Source: Malacoraja senta
Lineage: Eukaryota
Reading direction: 5' to 3'
DNA length: 64,000 nt
NCBI GenBank assembly: GCA_038087875.1
Contig: CM075996.1
Coordinates: 10,232,001 to 10,296,000, forward strand
The notes beneath the pieces are model-generated. The model did not search any database. It was not told the origin of the DNA and worked only from the letters and a program-made list of their open reading frames with translations. The position numbers were made by a program, and so were the translations under genes. Below are positions 25,138 through 36,640 of this stretch, piece by piece. Numbering within the stretch: the stretch's first letter is position 1; each line of letters starts with the position of its first letter.

Positions 25138-26010
25138 ATGACAGCAGCCTGGAGGAATAGTACCCAGAAGCAGTACATTTCCTATATATAGAAATGGGAG
25201 GTGTTTTGTTCAGGAAAGAATATTGCATATAACACAGTAGAAATTTCAGATGTAATAGAGTTTCTTTCAACTCTACACTATGAATTGAAATTAAGTTATA
25301 GTGCAATTAATACTGCACGAAGTGCACTCTCTGCATATTTAAGCAGTGAATCAGAACAAACTCCAATTGGAGCACATCCTTGGGTCTGTAGGTTTATGAA
25401 AGGAATTTTCAACTCTAATCCTCCCAGACCCAGGTATACAGAAATTTGGAATGTAAAAGATGTACTGATGTTCATAAGGAGTTGGAATCCAGTTGAAACC
25501 CTGTCATTATCCAAAATTACCATGAAATTGGTTATGCTCATGGCATTAGTTTCAGCGCAGAGAGTTCAAACATTACAGAAACTCAGAATTGATAGAATGA
25601 AAGTAGGGCAAAATGCCGTGACATTCTATGTCTATGATTTACTGAAGCAAAGTAGACCTGGGTCCACAGGATGCAAGTTGGAATTTTTAGCATTGCCTTC
25701 AGATTCACGACTGTGTGTAGTAACATATGTGAAATGTTACATAGAAACAACAAAAGTTTTAAGAGGCGTCGAATTGGCATTTTTTATTAGTCATAAAAAG
25801 CCTCATAAGAAAGTATCAACACAAACAATTTCACGATGGTTGAAACAGGTGTTGAGATATTCAGGTATTGATACTGATAAATTTAAATCTCATTCCACGA
25901 GGGCGGCATCAACATCAGCGGCCAGGGATTCAGCGTGCCAATAGACCTTATTCTCGCAGCCGCAGGATGGGCAAGTGAACAGATGTTTCACAAGTATTAC
26001 CACAATGAGA
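25138..26010 (+). pseudogene. DIRS tyrosine recombinase (frameshift before the catalytic Tyr)
   Basis: ORF 25201-25944: SAQRVQTL, KQSRPG, HSTRAAS; the shifted frame has AAGWAS...FHKYYH. Confidence 0.9.
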
Positions 26011-26233
26011 TTAAAGATCTCAGAGGGTTTGGTGATGCCGTGCTGGATACAGTATCCCCCATTATAAATGGGCCTAATTTGTGTTATTTTTATTTAAATA
26101 AATAAAACCATTAACTGATTACATTCAAATGTTGTGGTTATGCATTGTTGATTGTGCTTACTCAAATAGAGTCAATCGATGCAGTGAACACCTGGATTTG
26201 AATCCACGGTGTGAAATCACAGAGCTTTGAAAT

Positions 26234-26346
26234 CTTCACGTAGTCACTCACGTGACTCCGAAGTAAAATAGTAAGATTAAACGAGAACTTACCAAGTTTG
26301 AAGTTTGATCTTTATTTAATGAGGAGTAACGTTGAGGGATTACGTG
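26234..26346. repeat. DIRS internal complementary region (ICR)
   Basis: First part is the reverse complement of the element's 5' terminus; second part is the reverse complement of 26493-26570. Confidence 0.9.
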
Positions 26347-27109
26347 CCCTCCGCTCCCACCCTCATAAAAGGATCAAGCTGGTAGTTCTAAGTCTTTATG
26401 CATCTTACTATCATACTTCAGTAATTATCGTCTGTGATTGTCACTCCGCTGCTTTGAAAGATTGACGCGTGTGCGGCTGGACGGGGCTTCTTCACGTAAT
26501 CCCTCAACGTTACTCCTCATAAAATAAAGATCAAACTTCAAACTTAGTAAGATCTCGTTTAATCTTACTATTCTATACCATATACCATATATATACACAA
26601 TAAATAAACAGATAAACCTCCAGTTTAAATTCCATTTAGAATATTTATGGAGGACCAGGAAACCAGAAGAAAGCATTACTTCAGAGGGTTACTCCAGATC
26701 CAGGGTCAGGGAGTGATTCTGCGTTGGTTTTCAGCGGTCGCGCCGAGGCGGCGACCGGACAGCAATGGCGGCCAGATCTCCCACATTTCAAAGCGAGGGA
26801 GAAAGAGCCCAGTGCCGACCAGTTGCCGTGGCAGTGCGCATGCGCAGGGCAGCCGATGATATGCTGGCCATGGTTGTGCGCATGTGCAGTGGGAGGTTGT
26901 GCTGGTCGTAGCAGTGCGCATGTGCAAGGTGGCCTGCCGTGCTGGCGGATGAGGAACGAGCGGAGAGCGGAGCCCGGTGGCCCGGATACGGATGGCGGGC
27001 GGAGACGGAGAGAGACATATATCTTCATACAAGTTTTTTTTTTAAATTGATTCTACTATCACTAATTTTATTTGGGACTACAAAACCCATAGAATACACA
27101 AAAGACACT

Positions 27110-28600
27110 TGTGCAAATCCAAAGAAAATGGAGGATTAGCTCTTCCCAACTTTTTTTTTACTACTGGGCAACTAACTTTAAAAACATAATCTTCTGGTTG
27201 GACGATACATGTCAACAGGTAAATTGGTTAAACATGGAGAGGGAAGATTGTTTGCCTTTTAATATAGGCTCGATTCTCCTATCGCCAATACAATTGAATG
27301 TCAATGTATGAGCAAAATCCGATAATACACAGTACTCTACGTATCTGGAAACAGTTGAAATTAGGTCTTAAACTGAGAAACTTGTCTCTCCTTCTGCCTA
27401 TTGCAAACAATCCCTCGTTTAAACCATCTACTTTAGATAGGGTGTTTGTCCAATGGAAAAACCTGGGAATTAATACTGTGGGAGACCTCTATAAGAAGGG
27501 GACTCTCTTTTCTTTTCAAGAACTACAGGAGAAATACCACTTGAACGCAAACAATCTTTTGAGATACCTTCAAATCCGAGATTATGTGAAAACGTACACA
27601 CAAGATTGCCCTTTTGTGGGTCCAGATATATTAGACGATTGCTTGAATAGACATGCCGATACAATTAAGTTGATATCTTACATTTATAACACTCTCTTAA
27701 ATATTGATACCCCACCTTCTGAGATTTATAGGCGAGCATGGGAAGACGAGTTGGGTTTACCTATTTCAAAAGATATATGTGAGGAAAGCCTACTATACAT
27801 TACTGTTCTTTAAATGTCAGGCATTGCCTGATACAATTCAAAATATTGCATAGGTTATACTATTCAAAGACCAAATTGAATAAGATGTTTCCAACTGTCT
27901 CCCCTCTCTGTGATAAATGTCACTTCCAAAAAGCTACCTTAACCCATTCCTTTGCATCCTGTATAAAAATACAACATTTCTGAATGTGAATATTCAATAT
28001 CATCTCTAAAACACTAAAAATTCAATTGGAGTCAGATGCAAAACTAATAATTTTAGGAATGTCAGAGGGCTGCTCTAAGTTAACGACATTCCAAAGACGT
28101 TTCCTTGACTATGGTTCAATAACCGCGAATAAAACGTCTCAAATTCTGGAAAAAGATAACAGTTCCCACAGTGAAGATGTGGATCACAGAAATGACCAAG
28201 ACACTACATTTAGAAAACATGAGGCTTGTTTTGGCTGATAAATCAGACCAATCCTCCAAAACATGGTCTCCTTTCACTGAATTTCTTCAACAATAGAATG
28301 GTTGAACACAAATTAAAAAACGATGCTATGGGTGGGTGAGCGGAGGGGGGTGGGGGGGGGGGGGCATGGAAGGATAGTGGGACATATCTCCGCTTTTTTC
28401 TTTTCTCCTTTTTTTCCTCTCATTTCATTGGCAGTTCAGGGGTCTTTTCTTCTCTCTTTTTTTGTATCTTTCTTTTTCTTCATTCTTTCCTTTTTACTTT
28501 TTTCCTGATTCATTTATCATTTATAAAATGTTAAAAAATGAAGCTGTACGAAAATTGTATAATTGTTATGCCGATTGCTTTATTCTTGTACAACTGCTTC
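27110..28600 (+). mobile_element. L1-clade LINE 3' portion, degenerate
   Basis: QNPIIHSTLRIWKQLK...NPSFKP...LRYLQIRDYV; IQFKILHRLYYSK; CDKC zinc-binding region; T-rich 3' UTR. Confidence 0.85.
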
Positions 28601-28984
28601 TAAAAAAAGAAGAAAAAGTCAGTCTGATTAAAGATAGTTCAAATGTCTCCAATGAGGGAGATGTAGGTCGGGACCACATTCCAGAGGATGGTTCAGTTGC
28701 CGGACAACGTCTCTGACTAAACTGGTCTCTAGTCTTGTCGCTTCAGTTGGAGGTTTCGTGTTTAAGAACAAGTTTCTGGATGGGTGTTGATTTACCCATG
28801 CTGATATCTCGGACACACACTGGAGCCCAGGGCAGTGGATGGAGTAGAGAAACAATTGGTAGACATTGGTGGGCGACTGTTTTTCTTTATTTCAAAAATA
28901 AACTTTATTCAAAGAAACCTAAATTTGATCTGTCAACTTGGACGATGGACCGAATGGCCTAATTCTGCTTCTATCACCAATGAC

Positions 28985-29647
28985 CGTATGACGTTATTTG
29001 TCGCTTTTGTGGTTTGATGCTATGTGAGTAGTTGCCGGGTCTCTCCAGTGAGTAAGACTGAAACTCATAGAATACTTTCCGCATTCCAGTCCAGTCTTCC
29101 AGTCCTGCACGAACAGGTTCAGAATATCGTTCCCCCACAGATATCACCGCTGGCATTGGAATCGACTCTGGATTTGTTGAAGGCGGCGGCACTTCAGAGC
29201 TGCCGGCGCGGTGTTTGTGTCAGTCCGGTGAGGGTCAGCGTCTGACTTCAGCGCTGACAGTGCAGGAGGGGGCTCCCAGCGAGACCGTTCGTCCCATCGT
29301 CAACGCTGCAACCCCCCTACAGCTGCAGACGGACGCTTCCTCGACCGGTGAGTGAATCAGATGCATGTTCCCGGAAAACACAAAAAAGGAAACCTGCGGG
29401 ATTCTTGTAAATAATAACCACGGGGAAACTCTTTACGTCATCTGTCCATGTCCTGCTCCCTGTTCCTTCAGCGCTTTGTGTTCTGCGCCTTTACGGGGCC
29501 ATCTATGTCATGCGTGTGTGTACCCAGCTTTGTGCATGTTCGAATTTGACTGCTGAATGCAGGGATTCGTCGCCATCACAGCACTGACCATGTTCCTTCA
29601 ACTCAGTGTGCAGTAACTCCGCGTTGTGACAACATGATCAGAAAGTT
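28985..29647 (+). repeat. Local duplication copy 1 (continues at 32495-32630 after the CR1); paralogous to about 37380-37897 plus 38908-39255
   Basis: ttgtcgcttttgtggtttgatgctatg...cttcctcgaccggtgagtgaatcagatgcatg and gtgacaacatgatcagaa...ataattagctgcacatatc shared. Confidence 0.85.
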
Positions 29648-32495
29648 AGAAACATAGAAACATAGAAATTAGGTGCAGGAGTAGGCCATTCAATATGATC
29701 ATGGCTGATCATCCAACTCAGTATCCCGTACCTGCCTTCTCTCCATACCCTCTGATCCCTTTAGCCACAAGGGCCACATCTAACTCCCTCTTAAATATAG
29801 CCAATGAACTGGCCTCGACTACCCTCTGTGGCAGAGAGTTCCAGAGATTCACCACTCTCTGTGTGAAAAAAGTTCTTCTCATCTCGGTTTTAAACGATTT
29901 CCCCCTTATCCTTAAGCTGTGACCCCTTGTCCTGGACTTCCCCAACATCGGGAGCAATCTTCCTGCATCTAGCCTGTCCAACCCCTTAAGAATTTTGTAA
30001 GTTTCTATAAGATCCCCTCTCAATCTCCTAAATTCTAGAGAGTATAAACCAAGTCTATCCAGTCTTTCTTCATAAGACAGTCCTGACATCCCAGGAATCA
30101 GTCTGGTGAACCTTCTCTGCACTCCCTCTATGGCAATAATGTCCTTCCTCAGATTTGGAGACCAAAACTGTACGCAATACTCCAGGTGTGGTCTCACCAA
30201 GACCCTGTACAACTGCAGTAGAACCTCCCTGCTCCTATACTCAAATCCTTTTGCTATGAAAGCTAACATACCATTCGCTTTCTTCACTGCCTGCTGCACC
30301 TGCATGCCTACTTTCAATGACTGGTGTACCATGACACCCAGGTCTCGCTGCATCTCCCCTTTTCCTAGTCGGCCACCATTTAGATAATAGTCTGCTTTCC
30401 TGTTTTTGCCACCAAAATGGATAACCTCACATTTATCCACATTATACTGCATCTGCCAAACTTTTGCCCACTCACCCAGCCTATCCAAGTCACCTTGCAG
30501 TCTCCTAGCATCCTCCTCACAGCTAACACTGCCCCCCAGCTTAGTGTCATCCGCAAACTTGGAGATATTGCCTTCAATTCCCTCATCCAGGTCATTAATA
30601 TATATTGTAAATAGCTGGGGTCCCAGCACTGAGCCTTGCGGTACCCCACTAGTCACTGCCTGCCATTGTGAAAAGGACCCGTTTACTCCTACTCTTTGCT
30701 TCCTGTTTGCCAGCCAGTTCTCTATCCACATCAAGACTGAACCCCCAATGCCATGTGCTTTAAGTTTGTATACTAATCTCTTATGTGGGACCTTGTCGAA
30801 AGCCTTCTGGAAGTCCAGATACACCACATCCACTGGTTCTCCCCTATCCACGCTACTAGTTACATCCTCGAAAAATTCTATAAGATTCGTCAGACATGAT
30901 TTACCTTTCGTAAATCCATGCTGAATTTGTACAATGATTTCACCACTTTCCAAATGTGCTGCTATCCCATCTTTAATAACTGACTCTAGCAGTTTCCCCA
31001 CTACCGATGTTAGACTAACTGGTCTGTAATTCCCCGTTTTCTCTCTCCCTCCCTTCTTAAAAAGTGGGGTTACGTTTGCTACCCGCCAATCCTCAGGAAC
31101 TACTCCAGAATCTAAAGAGTTTTGAAAGATTATTACTAATGCATCCACTATTTCTGGAGCTACTTCCTTAAGTACTCTGGGATGCAGCCTATCTGGCCCT
31201 GGGGATTTATCGGCCTTTAATCCATTCAATTTACCCAACACCACTTCCCGACTAACCTGGATTTCACTCAATTCCTCCAACTCCTTTGACCCGCGGTCCC
31301 CTGCTATTTCCGGCAGATTATTTATGTCTTCCTTAGTGAAGACGGAACCAAAGTAGTTATTCAATTGGTCCGCCATATCCTTGTTCCCCATGATCAACTC
31401 ACCTGTTTCTGACTGCAAGGGACCTACATTTGTTTTAACTAATCTCTTTCTTTTTACATATCTATAAAAACATTTGCAGTCAGTTTTTATGTTCCCTGCC
31501 AGTTTTCTTTCATAATCTATTTTTCCTTTCCTAATTAAGCCCTTTGTCCTCCTCTGGAGGTCTCTGAATTTCTCCCAGTCCTCCGGTATGCTGCTTTTTC
31601 TGGCTAATTTGTACGCATCATCCTTCGCTTTGATACCATCCCTGATTTCCCTTGTTATCCACGGATGCACTACCTTCCCTGATTTATTCTTTTGCCAAAC
31701 TGGGATGAACAATTTTTGTAGTTCATCCATGCAGTCTTTAAATGTCTTCCATTGCATGTCCACCGTCAACCCTTTTAGAATTAATTGCCAGTCAATCTTG
31801 GCCAATTCACGTCTCATACCCTCAAAGTTACCTTTCTTTAAGTTCAGAACCATTGTTTCTGAATTAACAATGTCACTCTCCATCCTAATGAAGAACTCAA
31901 CCATATTATGGTCACTCTTGCCCAAGGGGGCACGTACAACAAGACTGCTAACTAACCCTTCCTCATTACTCAATACCCAGTCTAAAATAGCCTGCTCTCT
32001 CGTTGGTTCCTCTACATGTTGATTTAGATAACTATCCCGCATACATTCGAAGAAATCCTCTTCCTCAGCACGCCTGCCAATTTGATTCACCCAATCTATA
32101 TGTAGATTGAAGTCACCCATTATAACTGTTTTGCCTTTGTCGCACGCATTTCTAATTTCCTGTTTGATACCATCTCCAACTTCACTACTACTGTTAGATG
32201 GCCTGTACACAACACCCACCAGCGTTTTCTGCCCCTTAGTGTTTCGCAGCTCGACCCATACCGATTCCACATCCTCGAACCTAATGTCCTTCCTTTCCAT
32301 TGCGTTAATGTCCTCTCTAATCAGCAACGCTACCCCACCTCCTTTTCCTTTCTCTCTATCCCTCCTGAATATTGAATATCCCTGGATGTTCAGCTCCCAG
32401 CCTTGGTCACCCTGGAGCCATGTCTCCGTGATCCCAACTATATCATAGTCATTAATAGCTATCTGCACATTCAGTCATTAATAGCTATCTGCACA
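29648..32495 (-). mobile_element. Young CR1 LINE, 5'-truncated just inside the endonuclease, ORF2 otherwise open
   Basis: (catagaaa)n tail; probable AGTT TSD (29644-29647 and 32495-32498), supported by the paralogous empty site near 39030. Confidence 0.95.
29718..32468 (-). CDS. CR1 ORF2: AP endonuclease plus reverse transcriptase (916 aa, N-terminus missing)
   Basis: GITETW, GVVYRP, MGDFN, SDH (EN); NYRPVSLTS, QHGF, YLDFQKAFD, GVPQGSVLGP, FADD (RT). Confidence 0.95.
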   Translation of the reverse strand: MQIAINDYDIVGITETWLQGDQGWELNIQGYSIFRRDREKGKGGGVALLIREDINAMERKDIRFEDVESVWVELRNTKGQKTLVGVVYRPSNSSSEVGDGIKQEIRNACDKGKTVIMGDFNLHIDWVNQIGRRAEEEDFFECMRDSYLNQHVEEPTREQAILDWVLSNEEGLVSSLVVRAPLGKSDHNMVEFFIRMESDIVNSETMVLNLKKGNFEGMRRELAKIDWQLILKGLTVDMQWKTFKDCMDELQKLFIPVWQKNKSGKVVHPWITREIRDGIKAKDDAYKLARKSSIPEDWEKFRDLQRRTKGLIRKGKIDYERKLAGNIKTDCKCFYRYVKRKRLVKTNVGPLQSETGELIMGNKDMADQLNNYFGSVFTKEDINNLPEIAGDRGSKELEELSEIQVSREVVLGKLNGLKADKSPGPDRLHPRVLKEVAPEIVDALVIIFQNSLDSGVVPEDWRVANVTPLFKKGGREKTGNYRPVSLTSVVGKLLESVIKDGIAAHLESGEIIVQIQHGFTKGKSCLTNLIEFFEDVTSSVDRGEPVDVVYLDFQKAFDKVPHKRLVYKLKAHGIGGSVLMWIENWLANRKQRVGVNGSFSQWQAVTSGVPQGSVLGPQLFTIYINDLDEGIEGNISKFADDTKLGGSVSCEEDARRLQGDLDRLGEWAKVWQMQYNVDKCEVIHFGGKNRKADYYLNGGRLGKGEMQRDLGVMVHQSLKVGMQVQQAVKKANGMLAFIAKGFEYRSREVLLQLYRVLVRPHLEYCVQFWSPNLRKDIIAIEGVQRRFTRLIPGMSGLSYEERLDRLGLYSLEFRRLRGDLIETYKILKGLDRLDAGRLLPMLGKSRTRGHSLRIRGKSFKTEMRRTFFTQRVVNLWNSLPQRVVEASSLAIFKRELDVALVAKGIRGYGEKAGTGY

Positions 32496-33129
32496 GTTGA
32501 CATATAATTAGCTGCACATATCTCCACATAACCAGATAAAGCAGGTTGGTTTCATGTTGCTTTCGCCATCGAAATACGTTTCCATTTGGAACACAGTTGG
32601 TAACTGCTCTTGTCGCTTCTGATTCAAAGAAACCTGAATCTGAGTTTAGTTTATTGTCACGTGTACCGAGGTACAGTGAAACACTTTTGTTCCATGCTCA
32701 CCAGTCAGCGGAAAGACTATACCTGATTACAATCGAGACATCCCCAGTGTACACATACGGATTAAAGGAAGTGAATAATGTCAAGTGCAAAATAAAGTCC
32801 AGTAGAGTCCGATGAAAGATAGTCCGAGGGCCTCTAATGAGTTCGAGAGTGGCTAAGGACCACTCTCTAATCGTTGGCAGGGTCAACTGATTATTGTGGG
32901 TGTGGAGGATGAGTGCGTCAGGCATGATTTTGAACTCCAGAAAAAAAGTCAAAAGTATTGGCCGGGGGGTCCAGGAGGCCGACTAGGTCCCCGGCGGGCT
33001 CCTGTATTTTCAATAAATGGAAAGTGATTCCCAAGCTTTCTGCTGGTAGGTTACATAACAGAAGCTTAGAATTTTTCTAACATATAACCAGTAAAATAAA
33101 CTCCAAAAGATATATATTTAATGAAATAG

Positions 33130-33495
33130 ACAATAGAGTGCAGGAGTAGGCCATTCGTCCCTTCGAGCCAGCATCGCCATTCAATGTGATCATGGCTGAT
33201 CATCCACAATCAGTACCCCGTTCCTGCCTTCTCACCATACCCCTTAACTCCGCTATCCATAAGAGCTCTATCTAACTCTCTTGAAAGCATCCAGAGAACC
33301 AGCCTCCACCGCCCTCTGAGGCAGATAATTCCACACACTCACAACTCCCTGTGTGAAAAAGTTTTCCTCATCTCCGTTCTAAACAGCTTACCACATCTTC
33401 TTAAACTATGGCCCCTTGTTCTGGACTATCCCAGCATTGGGAACACGTTTCCTGCCTCTAGCGTGTCCAAACCCTTAATAATATTATATGTTTCA
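33130..33495 (-). mobile_element. CR1 3' fragment
   Basis: gtgcaggagtaggccattcg..cttcgagccagc 3' UTR plus ORF2 end. Confidence 0.8.
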
Positions 33496-33689
33496 AAAAT
33501 TACTTCATACAACTAAAAAAATCTTTACACAAAATGTTACATGAAATGGCATCTTTGCCTGGCACAGAGATGAGCAAATTGTTTTTCACGCAGAGAGTTG
33601 TGAATTTGCGGATTTCTCTGCCACAGAAGGCTGTGGTCTCGTCTCCTTCAGCAGCACCTCGGTCTCCCTTTCTGAGCTCGGACGCTCAC

Positions 33690-34590
33690 TTCATCTCACC
33701 TCACCTACACACGTACACCTCGACTAATCCCCTCGCCTCACTAAACCCCTCGCCTCGACGATACCTCACTACCAAACCTCTCCTCACACATAAACCTCGC
33801 CTCCACTAAACTGTACCTCACTAAACCTCGCCCCTCAAAGAAACCTCACACCTCACTAAACTTCACCTCACACCTAAATCACACCTCACCTCAACTAAAT
33901 CTCCCACCTCACGACTAAACGTCCCCTCAAACCAAATCCACGCATCGACTAATCGCCGGCTCTCACCCGCCCCCGCTATTTCTAACCTCCCCCTGGACCC
34001 GGACATTGGCGGCGCCACACGTGAGCCGAGCGGGTCCAACCAGGGGGGCAGGGCCGAGAGCGGCGCAGGCGCAATGCCCGAAAGAGCCGGTGGAAGAGGA
34101 GCACTGGCGGTGACGTTGACCCCGAGCCCCGCCCCTCGGGAGCAGAGAGAGGCGGTGATTTGTCGAGGCGTGGATTAGGTGGGAGGTGGAGTTTTGTCGT
34201 GAGGTGGAGTTTAGTCGAGAGGTGGAGTTTAGTCGAGAGGTGGAGTTTAGTCGAGAGGTGGAGTTTAGTCGAGAGGTGGAGTTTAGTCGAGAGGTGGAGT
34301 TTAGTCGAGGCGAGGTTTAGATTCAGATTCAACTTTATTGTCATTGTGCAGTGTACAGTACAGAGACAACGAAATGCAGTTAGCATCTCCCTAGAAGAGC
34401 GACATAAGTATGAGCAATAAATAAATCTAATAAATCCTGGTGGGAGGAGTGGCGGGGGATTGGCAATGAGTTGAGATTTGAGGGTGAGGTGGAGTTTAGT
34501 CGAGGCAGGTTTGGTGAGTTGAGGTTTGAGTGTGAGGTGGTGTTTAGTCGAGGCGAGGTTTTGTAGTTGAGGCAAGGTTTAGTCACGGCC
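33690..34590. repeat. Foldback-like structure: inverted arrays of an 18-bp unit flanking a GC-rich core
   Basis: (gaggtggagtttagtcga)n at about 34185-34320 and 34480-34580; complementary cctcgactaa/cctcactaaa units at 33690-33930; 33931-33964 is an inverted copy of 34147-34180. Confidence 0.75.
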
Positions 34591-35279
34591 GGATTTAGAT
34601 GAAGAGAGGGCCTAAGCTGTTCCACTTGTGAGGCGCTCCCAATCCTCCACCTCCGAATAGACGAAGATGGTCCAACAGATTGACACAGATTTGCAGCCGA
34701 GCGTGGCCAATGAGAAAAGGGGCTGAAAAGCTGCGCTTTTACTTATTTATTTATTGCCAGCGCTAGTGTCGAGTTATTGGCTTAAAACACTATTATTCTG
34801 AAATGGAGGGCAAGGAAAATTACTGAAGGGTTGTTTAGAGACTACAGTGCATTGTGACAGCATATGTAAGAAAGGCCTATGACAGGGTCAAAAATATTAT
34901 ACACCTTGCAGGGCTCTCACTTAATTTGTTTTCTCTGTTGTCAGCCAGGCAACCTTGGCAGCTTTTTAAGTTGCTAAATGACAGTTTAGGTGGTCATTTA
35001 AGATGGTTTGCATGACGCGTGCGATAATGTGCTTGGACGAAGTGCGTAGTTACCAGTCGGAATTATGCTCAATGAAGCATTCGCATATTATTTCTGCTTC
35101 AAATAAAGTCACAATCTAAACATATTCACCAATCAAGACATGATATATACCACAATGACATGCAGCAAAATTATAATACAGTATCTCAACTCTTTTTACA
35201 CGTTGCAATGAATGCAATTTCTATTATTTCTTTCCACTTCCAAACAAAATTCTGGTTGGATTATTCAGCGCATGATCAA

Positions 35280-36410
35280 CCTTGGCGATCGCTTCGCACA
35301 ATACCTCCACTCAGTTCGTAATAACCAACCTGATCTCCCGGTGGCTCAACACTTCAACTCCCCATCCCATTCTGAATCCGACTTTACTGTCCTGGGCCTC
35401 CTCCATGGCCGAGTGAGGTCCACAGCATATTGGAGGAGCAGCACCTCATATTTGCTTGGGTAGTTTACACCCCAGCGGTATGAGCATTGACTTTTCTAAT
35501 TTCAGTTAGTCCTTGCTTTCTCCCTCCTTCCCCTCCCATTCCCAGCTCTCCCACAGCCAACTGTCTCCACCTCTTCCTTTCATTTTTGTGTCCCCCCCGA
35601 CATCAATCTGAAGAAGGGTCGCGACCTGAAAAGTCATCTATTCCTTCGCTCCATAGATGCTGCCTTATCCACTGATATTCTCCAGCTTTTTTATCTACCA
35701 ATGGGATCCCACCACTGGCCACATCTTCCCATCTCCTCCCCTGTCTGCTTTCCGCAGAGACAGCTCCCTCCGTAACTCCCTGCTCAATTCGTCCTTTTCC
35801 ACCCAAACCACCCCCTCTCCTGGCACTTTCCCTTGCAACCGCAGGAAATGCTATACTTGTCGCTTTACCTCGACTCCATTAAAGGACCCAAGTAGTCTTT
35901 CCAGGTGCGGCAGAGGTTCACCTGCACCTCCTCCAACCTCTTCTATTGCATCCACTGCTCTAGGTGTCAGCTGCTCTACATCGGTGAGACCAAGCGTAGG
36001 CTTGGCGATCGCTTCGCGCAACACCTCCGCTCGGTCCGTAATAACCAACCTGATCTCCCGGTGGCTCAGCACTTCAACTCCCCCTCGCATTTCGAATCCG
36101 ACCTTTCTGTCCTGGGTCTCTTCCATGGCCAGAGTGAGGCCCACCGTAAATTGGAGGAGCAGCACCTCATATTTCACTTGGGCAGTTTACACCCCAGCGG
36201 TATGAACATTGTCTTCAATTTCAGGTAATCCCTGCTTTCTCCTCCCCTTACCAGCTCTCCCTCAGCCCACTGTCCCTGCCTCTTCCTTTCTTCATCTCGT
36301 CCCCCCCACCCTCACATCAGTCTGAAGAAGGGTCCCGACCCAAAACGTCGCATATTTCCTTTGCCCCAAAGATGCTGCCTCACCCGCTGAGTTTCTCCAG
36401 CATTTTTGTC
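35280..36410 (+). mobile_element. Tandem partial Penelope-like elements (GIY-YIG endonuclease end and terminal repeats)
   Basis: ORF 35905-36228 FTCTSSNLFYCIHCSRCQLLYIGETKRRLGDRFAQHL...VAQHFN; terminal repeats at about 35605-35695 and 36315-36410. Confidence 0.9.
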
Positions 36411-36640
36411 TACACATTCACACAAGTTCTGTTATCCCACTTTCCTCACCCACTCCCTACACATTAGGGGCAATTTTACAGTGACAAGTTAACCTACAAA
36501 GCCAATGCGTCTTTGGGATGTGGGAGGAAACCCACACGCTTGCAGGGAGAATGTGCAAATTCAACACAGACAGTGCCTGGAGACAGGATCGAACACAGAT
36601 CTCTGGTGTGTGAGGCAGCAAGTCTACCAGCTGTGCCACT
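36410..36640 (-). mobile_element. HE1-like V-SINE, degenerate
   Basis: Reverse complement of the tRNA head (gtggcacagctggtagacttgctgcctcac) and V-domain. Confidence 0.7.

Larger units (their letters stand above)
21593..26570 (+). mobile_element. DIRS1-like tyrosine-recombinase retrotransposon, structurally complete but ORFs disrupted
   Basis: Left end ttttaattcggagtcacgtgagtgactacgtgaag...; right ITR 26463-26498 is the reverse complement of 21619-21654; ICR at 26234-26346; gag-RT-RH-MT-YR order. Confidence 0.92.

Noticed and set aside
24620..25944. Methyltransferase next to an integrase as a prophage or restriction-modification system
   Set aside because: Both are standard DIRS domains within ITR/ICR boundaries; no bacterial or phage context.
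31588..32448. Plus-strand ORFs overlapping CR1 ORF2
   Set aside because: Antisense shadows of the open CR1 frame.
33982..34575. ORFs with TKLHLS or RWSLVE repeats; CRISPR-like appearance
   Set aside because: Head-to-tail 18-bp minisatellite with no unique spacers and no cas genes, in a vertebrate context.
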